Of a DNA stretch of 64,000 bases, positions 50,410-59,487 are shown in pieces. The position numbers were made by a program, and so were the translations under genes. The stretch lies in NCBI GenBank assembly GCA_049969975.1, contig JBMFNW010000001.1:232-64231 (forward strand), in the 5' to 3' direction. The notes below the pieces were generated by a model. That model had not been told where the DNA came from, made no database searches, and saw nothing but the letters and a program-made list of their open reading frames with translations. Origin of the DNA: Candidatus Nanoarchaeia archaeon (GTDB taxonomy: Archaea > Nanobdellota > Nanobdellia > UBA10117). Each line of letters opens with the position of its first letter. Within the stretch, counting starts at the first letter, position 1.

Positions 50410-50760
50410 GGTTTCACCTCATTAAACTATTGTTTTTTTCAGAATATAAATTTTGCTATTCACTCTCACTTTTGTTTTTTGGCTTATTGAAAATATTCAA
50501 TCGCTTTTGGTTTTTGTTTTTAATCTATTTAGAAAACTCTCACTTTTTGATTTTTTGCAATATTTTGTGTTTTAGTTTTAGTTTCTTTTAGATTTTTTAA
50601 AGTTTTTAAAAAAATTTTTAACAAAGTTTTTTGCAAATTTTAACAAAAAATAATCTCTCACTTTTTGATCTTTTTTTAAAGATTTTTTAGATAGTTTCTA
50701 ATTTTTTTCTAAATTATTTCTAAAAAAACGAAATCTTTATATATTCTGAAGTGTTTAATT

Positions 50761-50810
50761 GTGTTTAACAGTTAAACACGTTTAAACAAAATGTTTAACA
50801 CGTTTAAACA
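50761..50810. promoter_or_regulatory. Cluster of nested palindromes (GTGTTTAAC-A-GTTAAACAC; GTTTAAAC x2) immediately upstream of the regulator gene start
   Basis: A perfect 9-bp inverted repeat lies at 50761..50779, with further GTTTAAAC palindromes at 50781..50788 and 50803..50810. A TATA-like TTTATATATT lies at 50736..50745. Confidence 0.5.
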
Positions 50811-50815
50811 CAAAA

Positions 50816-51355
50816 ATGGGTTTGTTTGATAGCTTGAAACGTATTCTTAAAAAGCAGCCAGCAGAGCCCCAACGACAAAAACCGGAGGTCAAACGTGCAA
50901 GGGTAGTTGTTAAACAGATCAAAAAAAGAAAAAAGCAGAAACTACCAGAGCACCAAATCTTGCGTGAGTGGCGGCAAGAACTTAAGCGCCTACAAGAACA
51001 CCCACTCACGCAAGCAAAAATAATCAATGAGCAGCTACTTGCCACTATTATGGATCTTTTAAACGAGATAAATGCAAAACTTGATGAGTTGAGTAGAAGG
51101 CTCGAAAAACTTGAATTGCAAAAAGTGAAAGAATCCAAAGCGACACAAGCGACACCAACAATCAAATTAAACAGTAGCGAGCAAAGCGTATTGGATTTTG
51201 TAAAAAAAGCAAAGGAGGCGCGAGCACAAGAAGTTGCAGAATCTTTAGGTATTTCGAGATCGAATGCAGCATTAAAATTAAATAAGTTGTTTTCTATGGG
51301 CTTCTTAGATAAAAGACAAGATGGAAAAGATGTTTTTTATTTTCTGAAAGGGTAA
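50816..51355 (+). CDS. Coiled-coil protein with C-terminal winged-HTH (MarR/ArsR/TrmB-like) domain
   Basis: The C-terminus SEQSVLDFVKKAKEARAQEVAESLGISRSNAALKLNKLFSMGFLDKRQDGKDVFYFL is a wHTH. The N-terminal 110 aa is K/E/Q-rich coiled coil. Confidence 0.6.
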   Translation: MGLFDSLKRILKKQPAEPQRQKPEVKRARVVVKQIKKRKKQKLPEHQILREWRQELKRLQEHPLTQAKIINEQLLATIMDLLNEINAKLDELSRRLEKLELQKVKESKATQATPTIKLNSSEQSVLDFVKKAKEARAQEVAESLGISRSNAALKLNKLFSMGFLDKRQDGKDVFYFLKG

Positions 51356-51491
51356 AAAACAATTTTGGATTAAAATATTTAATTTTTAATTAAAAATTTT
51401 AACTTAAGAAAACTTTATAAATACTTGCTTTTCTTTAATAAACAGAGCAGTTTAGAATTCTTTGAATTTCTAAATTGCTAGTAGGTGTAAA

Positions 51492-51623
51492 GATGGATTT
51501 CGAGAGAAAGTTATTTGACGCAGTTTGTTCCCAGTGTGGAAAACCTTGTAAAGTACCTTTCGAACCAAAAGAAGGTAGACCAGTTTATTGCCAAGACTGC
51601 TGGAAAGCGCGTCAAAGAACTAA
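51492..51623 (+). CDS. Small zinc-ribbon protein (43 aa)
   Basis: MDFERKLFDAVCSQCGKPCKVPFEPKEGRPVYCQDCLESASKN has two CxxC pairs. Manual call below the ORF cutoff. Confidence 0.4.
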
Positions 51624-51841
51624 AAGATAAAACAAAAACTGTTAACAAAAACTGTTTAATTTTTTGATTACTTTTTGATTATTTTTTGTTAGATCAAATA
51701 ATTTAATCTTTAATTAAATAATTCGATCTTTTATTAGAAAAGTTGCGTATAATATATGTTATATGAAATTGTGAACTTCGGGCGTAAAAAATAAAATATA
51801 AAAAGGTCGAAATCTATAACTAAATAAAGGGAGGTTAAAAG

Positions 51842-52426
51842 ATGAAAAATACAATTGAAGCTCTAACCAAGGCTTTCATTGGTGAAAGCCAAGCAAGGAA
51901 TAGATACACTTTTTATTCCAAAGTTGCCAAAAAAGAAGGGTTTGAACAGATTGCCGAGATTTTTCTCATCACGGCAGAAAACGAGAGAGAGCATGCAAGT
52001 TGGCTGTTCAAATTAATTAACGAATTGAAAAAGAAAAGCAATGAAAATCTTGACGAGATAAAGGTTGAAGCGATAGCTCCAACAATACTTGGTACAACAG
52101 TTGAAAATTTAAAAGCCGCGATTGCTGGCGAAAATTATGAATACACAAAAATGTATCCAGAATTTGCTGATATTGCTGAAAAAGAAGGACTTCCTGAGAT
52201 TGCCAAAAGGCTAAGAGCGATTGCAATAGCAGAAAAACATCACGAAGAGCGATACAAGAAACTTTTGAAAGAAGTTGAAGCAGGAACGGTATTTAAAAAA
52301 GAAAAAGAGGTTTGGTGGGTTTGCCGTGAATGCGGTTATGTTTATTTTGGAAAACAGCCACCAGAAAAATGTCCATCTTGTGACCACGAAAGAAGCTTCT
52401 ATCAAATCAAATGCGAGAAATATTAA
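51842..52426 (+). CDS. rbr: Rubrerythrin
   Basis: Ferritin-like diiron ExxH motifs (ENEREHA; AEKHHEE) plus a C-terminal rubredoxin-like CRECG...CPSC. RBS AAGGGAGGTTAAAAGATG. Confidence 0.85.
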   Translation: MKNTIEALTKAFIGESQARNRYTFYSKVAKKEGFEQIAEIFLITAENEREHASWLFKLINELKKKSNENLDEIKVEAIAPTILGTTVENLKAAIAGENYEYTKMYPEFADIAEKEGLPEIAKRLRAIAIAEKHHEERYKKLLKEVEAGTVFKKEKEVWWVCRECGYVYFGKQPPEKCPSCDHERSFYQIKCEKY

Positions 52427-52635
52427 AGTAAGAGATATTTCTCATGGGCTAAAAAGTTAAATGGTACTTCGAGATGTTGACTGAAAATTCTCTAGTTGTT
52501 GCCTTCGTTAAAATTCACAAAAAATGAGAAATCCGAAATTGCTTCGCAAATAATCTAACAAAATTTAACAAATTTTTTCTTATCTTTTAATAAGAGTTGC
52601 CGTTGTTGGAGTAACAAATTTCATAGGAGGTAAAA

Positions 52636-53106
52636 ATGGCCGGTGAAGATAAAACAGGAATTTTGATTGTCGCCATTGTGGCTATAGCAACTGTGGCGGT
52701 TGTTGGGCTAATTGGAATGCAGCTGACAGGATTTGCTGCGAAAGCAGTAAAGGAGGCAAAGGCATTAGAAGAGGTAAAGGCAGTAGAGCCAAAAGAAGAG
52801 CAACCATACTGGCATCCACAAGGTGTTTGCTCGATAGCTCAGCAAATGGGTTGTGCACTACAGGAGCTAACACCATCGAGCTGCGTTGATCTATGTAAAG
52901 AAAAAGCAGAAAGTTACCCAGGCGAAAAAGAGCACTGTTTAATGTGTTGTGGCTTAAGTTACGCATGCCTTAAATCGATAGAGGCGGGGAAGTCGCCGGA
53001 AGGAAGGCCGAACCCAGCGCCGGCGGGGAAGCAGCAGCCAGCGACACAAGAAAAGCAGCCAGCGCCGACAGAGGAAGCGCTGCAGCCAGTGCAGACAAAA
53101 GGCTGA
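52636..53106 (+). CDS. Membrane-anchored Cys-rich protein with P/Q/A-rich C-terminal tail
   Basis: N-terminal hydrophobic anchor, 8 Cys in the middle, low-complexity PNPAPAGKQQPATQEKQPAPTEE tail. Confidence 0.4.
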   Translation: MAGEDKTGILIVAIVAIATVAVVGLIGMQLTGFAAKAVKEAKALEEVKAVEPKEEQPYWHPQGVCSIAQQMGCALQELTPSSCVDLCKEKAESYPGEKEHCLMCCGLSYACLKSIEAGKSPEGRPNPAPAGKQQPATQEKQPAPTEEALQPVQTKG

Positions 53107-53266
53107 ACGTATTAAATTTTTTATTTTTTTAATTTTCTCGAGCTTTTTAATCTAATTGCGCACAAACTTTGTTTAGCTCCTTTATTTCATTTTAAATGTT
53201 TAAAAGAAAATAATTTTACTAATTTCTAGAAGCCATAATTGGCCGATCCAAAAATTTCTTAGTTTT

Positions 53267-53479
53267 TTATTTTATTATTTCAATTATTTTTTCTCTTGAG
53301 CAGAGCCCTTTTATTATTCTTACTTGAGAACTCGAAACTTTATAGTATTTTGCCAAAGTTTTGATCAGTTCAATGTTTGCTTTGTTCTTTTCAGCAGCAG
53401 CTTTTACATAAACAAGATTCTCGCTTTCAATAAATTTATTACATGAAGAATTTTGTTTCACTTTTATTTTTAGTAGCAT
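53267..53479 (-). CDS. YggU/DUF167-family small protein
   Basis: VYVKAAAEKNKANIELIKTLAKYYKVSSSQVRIIKGLCSREKIIEI matches the YggU pattern. The start is probably the internal MLLKIKV. Confidence 0.45.
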   Translation of the reverse strand: MLLKIKVKQNSSCNKFIESENLVYVKAAAEKNKANIELIKTLAKYYKVSSSQVRIIKGLCSREKIIEIIK

Positions 53480-53579
53480 ATCTAAGAAAAAGAAACAAAT
53501 TTTATAAAATTGTTTATGCTTAAAAAGCAAGAGAAAAAAAGAAGAGTAAGGTTTATATAGTCTGAATTTGAAACTTTAA

Positions 53580-53891
53580 GTGGAGGTGCCTATGGTTGCG
53601 AGATATTTTGTTTTGATGCAAAATAATAGAGATACAAACCACATTTTTACGGGAAGTTCTCCGAGAAGAGCCGCACTAAAAGCAGCTACGAGAGGTTTTA
53701 CAAACATTGTATTGAGGGAAAGAGGAACAGATAGAATACATGTTTTCAAAGGTGCTAGAAAAAGAGTTGCGGCGCCAGAGAACAGACCGGAGTGGTTGCC
53801 ATCGCAAATTTGGAAGCCCGTCGTAAAGAAAGTAAAGTTGGAGCACCTAGAAAAGAAGAGCGCAAAGAAAGGAAAAGCTAAAAAGAGATAA
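53580..53891 (+). CDS. Chromosomal protein MC1-family nucleoid protein
   Basis: RYFVLMQNNRDTNHIFTGSSPRRAALKAATRGFTNIVLRERGTDRIHVFKGARKRVAAPENRPEWLPSQIWKPVVKKVKLEHLE closely follows the MC1 consensus (FVLRD..G.EHGVFTG..PRQAALKAA.RG..IRLRERGT.KVHVFKG....AP.NRP.WMP..IWKP.VKK..IEHL). The start codon is ambiguous, GTG at 53580 or ATG at 53592. Confidence 0.75.
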   Translation: MEVPMVARYFVLMQNNRDTNHIFTGSSPRRAALKAATRGFTNIVLRERGTDRIHVFKGARKRVAAPENRPEWLPSQIWKPVVKKVKLEHLEKKSAKKGKAKKR

Positions 53892-54007
53892 ATTTTTTTG
53901 TTATTTTTTAATATAATTTTTTAGATTTTTTAAATGTAATTTTTAAATGTAATATTTCTTAAGTTGTAACATTATTTTAAAATACCTATTAATAATTAAT
54001 AAGGTAT

Positions 54008-55267
54008 ATGTATTTGGAGAAAAAATTAGAAAGAAAATTAGCCATATTTACAGGCGTATTTAAAGCAACGATTATTTCAGCTTTAGTCATATTTGCTTTA
54101 GGAATTTATGATTTCATTCTTCCTATTTTTACAGAAAGTCAATCTGAAAACTATTTGTTTGTTGGTTTGGTCGTCTCGCTAGTTTATGTTGCTTCTTTTC
54201 TCGCAGAAATACCGGTCGGTCTTAGCGTAGATAAGTTTGGTAGAGTTAAAATCCTTTTAATTTCTATTTTTTCTCTCTCCATACTTACCCTTGCTTATTT
54301 TTTCTTTTCTGAGAATATAATAATATTAGCAATCCTTTCGCTTATTTTTGGTGCTCTTTCGGTGGCTTTTTGGGTTCCTTCAGCAGTTTTAATAAGGGAT
54401 TTTAGTCCTAGAAAAATGCTTGCTCAGGCTGAAGGAATATATTTGACTGCAAGTCAATTGGGGTGGATTTTTGGACCAATTTTAGGCGGCATTGTAGCAG
54501 CACAAATTTCTGAAAAATTTAACTTTTTAATTATGTTCATCTTTTTAATCGCAGCAGCTTTGTTTACTTTGTTTCTTTTCGGCCGCAGCGAGAAAGTCAA
54601 AGCCATAAGGGCAGAAGAAAAAGGACATAAACATAAACCTCGATTACTTTTACTTTTTACGATTTTTAAAGAATTTGTTCAATTGCATAGGCACACAAAG
54701 CATATTTACTTGCTTTGTTTTCTAACACATTTTTGGCTTGCAATCGAATGGGCTTTCGTGCCTTTAGCTTCGATGGAATTGTGGCACTTTAATGAAACTG
54801 GCGCAGGTATTTTGCTTGGTACTATGATGGTTGGAGAAGGGCTGCTTTATTACTCTTCTAGCTATATCATGGATAAAATTGGGAAAAAATACATCGTAAC
54901 ATCCGGATTTTTGCTTTTATTCGCCGCTGCATACTTTATGTTTTTGGCAAATTCGTGGAAAATGTTTGTTTTCTTCGCAATACTTGCCGGAGCTGCTGTA
55001 GCATGGATTTTACCAGGTATAGAAGCGATGCTAACTGAAATCTTGCCAGAGAATATTTATGGCGAAATGTCGGGTGTTTTTGATACATCTAAAGATTTTG
55101 GCTTACTTACTGGGCCTCTGATTGGGGGGCTTTTTGCGAACAAATTTGGTGTTTCAAGCACACTTTTACTTGTAACATTTTTAGCAGGCTTTGGAGCACT
55201 TTGGGCAGGTCTTGTTTTTTGGCCTGGAAAAAAGCAAGCCAAAATTATGCAGAAGTCAAAAGCATAG
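54008..55267 (+). CDS. MFS transporter
   Basis: 419 aa with about 12 TM segments and an MFS loop motif (DKFGRVK). Confidence 0.8.
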   Translation: MYLEKKLERKLAIFTGVFKATIISALVIFALGIYDFILPIFTESQSENYLFVGLVVSLVYVASFLAEIPVGLSVDKFGRVKILLISIFSLSILTLAYFFFSENIIILAILSLIFGALSVAFWVPSAVLIRDFSPRKMLAQAEGIYLTASQLGWIFGPILGGIVAAQISEKFNFLIMFIFLIAAALFTLFLFGRSEKVKAIRAEEKGHKHKPRLLLLFTIFKEFVQLHRHTKHIYLLCFLTHFWLAIEWAFVPLASMELWHFNETGAGILLGTMMVGEGLLYYSSSYIMDKIGKKYIVTSGFLLLFAAAYFMFLANSWKMFVFFAILAGAAVAWILPGIEAMLTEILPENIYGEMSGVFDTSKDFGLLTGPLIGGLFANKFGVSSTLLLVTFLAGFGALWAGLVFWPGKKQAKIMQKSKA

Positions 55268-55321
55268 TTTTGTTTCAAATAGTATTTTTAAATTTTAGTA
55301 AAAATCAATTTCTAATTAAAA

Positions 55322-56605
55322 TTAATTTCTAATTAATTTTCCAATCAAATATTTAGATTTTGCTTCAATAATTTTGCACTTCACAAACATCCCAGGCTTA
55401 ACATCAGAACAATTTAGTACAATGGGCTTGTATGCATAGTTTCGTGCAATAAAACCGCCTTTCGGTCCAATTTCATCTATCAAAACTTTTCCTTTCCAAC
55501 CTAACCAAGCTTTATTTCTTTCGAGAGCAATTTTATCATATAGTTTTGTAAGCTCTCGGGAACGAGCTTTTTTAATTTCTCCAGGTAGTTGTGGAAGTTT
55601 TGCCGCAAGTGTTCCTTGACGTGGCCAAAATTGAGATATGTTAATGACATCTGGCTTTAGCCATTTTATTAATTTAATTGTGCTTTTCCAATCCCGCTCT
55701 GTTTCCGTAGGATAACCACAAATTATGTCTGTGCTTATTGTTATGTTTGGAATTTCTTTTTTAAATGCAGAAATTATTTCTTTAAAATCAGAAACTTTAT
55801 AACCTCGTAACATTGCCTTTAGCACAGAATTTGAGCCAGATTGTACTGGTATGTGCAAGAATTTGAAAATTTTTTCTTTTTTAAAACATTCAATTAATTC
55901 TTTTTTATATTTTTTAATCCATTGTGGGTTTGCCATGCCAACTCTAACAAAGAATTCACCTTTAAGATTGCTTATTTCTTGCAAGAGTTCTGGCAAGTTT
56001 GTTCCACAATCTAAGCCGTAAGCACCACAATCTTGCGCAGTTAGCCAAATTTCTTTACAGCCTTCTGCAAGAGCACTTTTAATTTGAGAAAGAATTTTTT
56101 CTTTTGAGAAGCTAAACAAATTGCCTTTTGCAAATTTTGTTGCGCAAAAAGAACAATTTGATAAGCAGCCAGTTGCAATTTGGCAAATTTCAATTGTTTT
56201 GTTTTTTCTTATTTTCAGCGAACAAAGCTTTTCATAAGGTTTTTTTGAAATCCACACAACTCTTTTTCCAGATTTAACACTTTCAACAGCACGAGCTATT
56301 TCGCTTTGATCCCAAATACCCAACAAAGAAACATTTTGTAAATATTTTTTATATGTTTGAATTATTTGAGTTGCTTGAGCCATACACCCAGTAACAATGA
56401 TTGGTTTTATTCTTTCAAATTTTTTAACTTCTTTAATTTCGTCGACTTCTACTCTATTTTTAACAATGCAAGTATTTAGAATAATTATATCTGCTTTTTC
56501 TGGTTTTGAAACGATGCTGTGACCTGCAGCTTTCAAAGTACCGGCTAGCATTTCCGAATCAGATTGGTTTGCAGAACAACCCCATGTTTTAATACAAATT
56601 TTCAT
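55322..56605 (-). CDS. Radical-SAM methylthiotransferase (MiaB/RimO/MtaB family, archaeal e-MtaB/CDKAL1-like)
   Basis: N-terminal MTTase domain Cys triad, radical SAM CLSNCSFC and a C-terminal TRAM domain. 427 aa. Confidence 0.85.
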   Translation of the reverse strand: MKICIKTWGCSANQSDSEMLAGTLKAAGHSIVSKPEKADIIILNTCIVKNRVEVDEIKEVKKFERIKPIIVTGCMAQATQIIQTYKKYLQNVSLLGIWDQSEIARAVESVKSGKRVVWISKKPYEKLCSLKIRKNKTIEICQIATGCLSNCSFCATKFAKGNLFSFSKEKILSQIKSALAEGCKEIWLTAQDCGAYGLDCGTNLPELLQEISNLKGEFFVRVGMANPQWIKKYKKELIECFKKEKIFKFLHIPVQSGSNSVLKAMLRGYKVSDFKEIISAFKKEIPNITISTDIICGYPTETERDWKSTIKLIKWLKPDVINISQFWPRQGTLAAKLPQLPGEIKKARSRELTKLYDKIALERNKAWLGWKGKVLIDEIGPKGGFIARNYAYKPIVLNCSDVKPGMFVKCKIIEAKSKYLIGKLIRN

Positions 56606-56632
56606 TTTCTAAATTAAATTTTTAGTTGCTTT

Positions 56633-57592
56633 TTATTTTTGTTCAAGTTCTGAAAGAACTTTTATGCGCTTTAGCATATTTGGATGTGTTGACATCAATT
56701 CTAAAAGCTTATCTAAAGTGCTTAATTTTACAGTTTTTTCTCTAAGAATCGCAAGTTCTTCTGGTTCGAGGACACCAGATTTATCAACATCCAGCTGAGA
56801 AAGTTCAACAATTTCATCGTGTGCTTTGCTTACATCATTTAGGAAAAAAGCTTTTGCACCTTCTGCTTGTTTTAGTATTGGTTTTGGTAATTTTGCACTG
56901 CTTTTGACAAGTTTGAATAATGCAGACGCCAAGCTGTGCGGAGCATTACCAAGCTCAACCGAGCCAAAGTCTGCATAATACTCTCTAATTCTTGAAATGT
57001 AAAGAACTAGAAGATTTGTTATAAAATATATTAAAAAAGCCAGCACACCAACCAATACAGTATTTCCCTTTCTATCTCTAGCCCAAATCATGCTTTGAGC
57101 AACGTACCAAGCAAGCATTGGAACTAAAGAAAGCAAAGTAATTATTGCTACATCTCTATGTTTTAAATGTGAAATTTCATGTCCCAAAACCGCTTCTAGT
57201 TCTTTTTTGTCTAAAAGATTTAAAATACCTTCGGTAACGCAAACTCTACCATCTGATTTCCAACGCCCAAATGCAAATGCATTTGGTATTTTCAAGGCAG
57301 AAATTCCTATTTTTGGCTTAGGTATGCCTGCTTTTTTAGCAAGTCTTTCAACTATTTTGTGAAGTTCTGGTTCTTGCTTTTCATCAACATACTTCACTTG
57401 CATAGTTAGCTCAATAATTTTTGGACCAGCAAGGTATTGTAAGCCAATAATTGCAATGGCAAGGATTCCATAAAACAAAAAGTTTGTAATGCCCAATAAA
57501 TAGCTAATTGCCGATACAAAAGCATAAACAATTGCAAAAAATAGCGCTACTATTAAATACATTCTAATTTTAAGCCAAATTACTGATGGCAT
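56633..57592 (-). CDS. htpX: M48-family zinc metalloprotease (HtpX-like)
   Basis: HEISHLKHRD (HExxH) between TM helices. 319 aa. Confidence 0.8.
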   Translation of the reverse strand: MPSVIWLKIRMYLIVALFFAIVYAFVSAISYLLGITNFLFYGILAIAIIGLQYLAGPKIIELTMQVKYVDEKQEPELHKIVERLAKKAGIPKPKIGISALKIPNAFAFGRWKSDGRVCVTEGILNLLDKKELEAVLGHEISHLKHRDVAIITLLSLVPMLAWYVAQSMIWARDRKGNTVLVGVLAFLIYFITNLLVLYISRIREYYADFGSVELGNAPHSLASALFKLVKSSAKLPKPILKQAEGAKAFFLNDVSKAHDEIVELSQLDVDKSGVLEPEELAILREKTVKLSTLDKLLELMSTHPNMLKRIKVLSELEQK

Positions 57593-57657
57593 ACTATTTC
57601 TAAAATTTATTGTTTTAAAAAACTTTACTCGAATTTTTGAGTCAGCTTTTTAAATTT

Positions 57658-58308
57658 TTATCCACAATATTTTTGATACCTGCAAGGTGTGCATTTTTCA
57701 GAATACAAAGGTTTTGGTTCTTTTCCACGCAAAATTTCTTCGATACTCGTGACAGTGTTTTCAACTAAATTTTTAGCATCGTCTGTATACTTTTCCTGCC
57801 AAAATATTTGTTTACTGTTAATATCTCTGATTGAACCTACTAAAGGTTTATTTGGTTCTAGTTTTTTATTTTCAAAAATATCTTTTGTAAAAGCATAGCA
57901 ATAGCCCCAAACTTGTAATTTTTGGCCAGGCCAAATTTGATTTTTAATTGGCTTATCCTCAACAATTAAAATTTCATTTGGAGAAATTTGTATTTCATCA
58001 ATTTTTCCTTTTAACTTTTTACTTTCAACTTCTAAATCCCTTATAATCACTGTGCGGCTTTGAGCTAGTTCAAAAGCTTCTTCTAAAGACATCGGTATTG
58101 CTTGAGCATAATGTTCTAAATCTAAAGCTTTATGAGCTGCTTGGCCAGCCAAAATTTCTGTTGTTGGTTTTGCTTTTATACCACGTACAAATTTCAAATA
58201 AATTTGTCTTTTACAATACTCGTGCTCAGAAAGTGCACTGATAGGGATTTTATACTCGCCATCTAATATTTTTTGTGCATATGTTTTAAGCATTAATTTT
58301 TTTCGCAA
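57658..58308 (-). CDS. Cas4-like/RecB-family PD-(D/E)xK nuclease with Fe-S Cys cluster (DUF83)
   Basis: N-terminal SALSEHEYCKRQIYLKF (first cluster Cys in a Cas4-like context). A D...IVEDKP core. C-terminal CTPCRYQKYC (Cx2Cx5C). 216 aa. No cas genes or CRISPR nearby. Confidence 0.55.
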   Translation of the reverse strand: MRKKLMLKTYAQKILDGEYKIPISALSEHEYCKRQIYLKFVRGIKAKPTTEILAGQAAHKALDLEHYAQAIPMSLEEAFELAQSRTVIIRDLEVESKKLKGKIDEIQISPNEILIVEDKPIKNQIWPGQKLQVWGYCYAFTKDIFENKKLEPNKPLVGSIRDINSKQIFWQEKYTDDAKNLVENTVTSIEEILRGKEPKPLYSEKCTPCRYQKYCG

Positions 58309-58882
58309 GAAAATCTAAAATAGTTTTCGGTATGTATTTCAAAGTTATAAACAGCGGAGTTTCTGGATAAATAACAACTTTCTTTTCTTTTACAGCATAA
58401 AATAAATATAATTTATTTTGTTCGAAGAGAATTATAATTACTTTTGCAAAAACCACGCTTCTGATTTCTGTTGTATCTTGAATAAAAAAATTCGAAGTAG
58501 GTATGCCTGAAATGTTTGTATATGCTTGGACGGGATTTTGAGAATTAAAAACGGCAAGCTCGTTTAGCTGAGTTGCATTTGGTAAATCTTCAAAAATTTT
58601 AGTATCAAATATTATGATTTTATAATATTTTTTTGTCAAATCTTTTGACTTCCAATTTTCAACTTCAGCCAGCTCTGTGCTGTTGAGAAAATTTGGTGAA
58701 GCATTAAAAATAAATTCAAAGCCAGCCACAACTTTGCTTTTATTGCTTAGCAAAAAAAGATTTTTTTCTGTTTGAATTTTTTCTTTAAATTCCATTAAAT
58801 CTTTATATACTAAGCCCACCCAAAGTCCTGCCAAAGCAAAGATTAGGAGAGCAGATATTACTAGAGCAGTTCCGAGTTTCAT
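58286..58882 (-). CDS. Secreted or membrane-anchored hypothetical protein
   Basis: N-terminal signal-anchor helix MKLGTALVISALLIFALAGLWV. 198 aa. Confidence 0.4.
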   Translation of the reverse strand: MKLGTALVISALLIFALAGLWVGLVYKDLMEFKEKIQTEKNLFLLSNKSKVVAGFEFIFNASPNFLNSTELAEVENWKSKDLTKKYYKIIIFDTKIFEDLPNATQLNELAVFNSQNPVQAYTNISGIPTSNFFIQDTTEIRSVVFAKVIIILFEQNKLYLFYAVKEKKVVIYPETPLFITLKYIPKTILDFLAKKINA

Positions 58883-58988
58883 ATTTTATTTTTATTTGAT
58901 TTATTTAATAAATATTTATTTAATAAATATTATGATAAACAATAATTGTTTCGATAGTTTTAAAAGTTCCTTTTTTACTAAAAGAAAT

Positions 58989-59453
58989 ATGAAAGCAGTT
59001 CTTATACCAGGTGCAAATCCTGCAGCAGCAAAAAAGCTTTTTGACATGATAAAAAAACAAATTCCTGAGCTTGAATATATTGAACTAAGTTCTGCTTCGG
59101 AACCAGAGTTGCTGAGAGCAAGGCCAGCAGGAGATTTTATAATTATTGGAAAATCAATGGGCGGCAAGCTCGCACTCGAGTATGAGTGCAAAGAAAAAGA
59201 CAGCCGAGCACTCATTTTGCTTTCGCCAGCAGTTTACTACACTGAAAAATATGCAAGCATAAAAGCAAAAACACTAATTGTTCATGGAACTGCCGATGAT
59301 GTTGTTCCGATAGAAAATTCAGAAAAGCTAGCAAAAACAATTGAAGGTGCAACTTTAATCAAAATTGAAGGTGGAGATCATAGCTACAGAGGACAAGAAA
59401 ATAAAGTAGTGGATATTATAAAAAACTGGCTTCGTGAGCAAGGTATTTTTTAG
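58989..59453 (+). CDS. Alpha/beta-hydrolase-fold protein (small esterase-like)
   Basis: GKSMGG nucleophile-elbow (GxSxG). A late His (GGDHSY). Start MKAVLIPG at 58989. The track ORF is extended upstream. Confidence 0.55.
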   Translation: MKAVLIPGANPAAAKKLFDMIKKQIPELEYIELSSASEPELLRARPAGDFIIIGKSMGGKLALEYECKEKDSRALILLSPAVYYTEKYASIKAKTLIVHGTADDVVPIENSEKLAKTIEGATLIKIEGGDHSYRGQENKVVDIIKNWLREQGIF

Positions 59454-59487
59454 AAAACCTTAAAAACAATTTTTATACCATCAAGTT

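Noticed and set aside
50456-50675. Possible CRISPR array suggested by the repeated CTCTCACTTTTTGA motif
   Set aside because: Only three copies, with unequal spacing (about 74 and about 118 nt) and variable flanks. No cas genes. It fits regulatory sites better than a CRISPR array.
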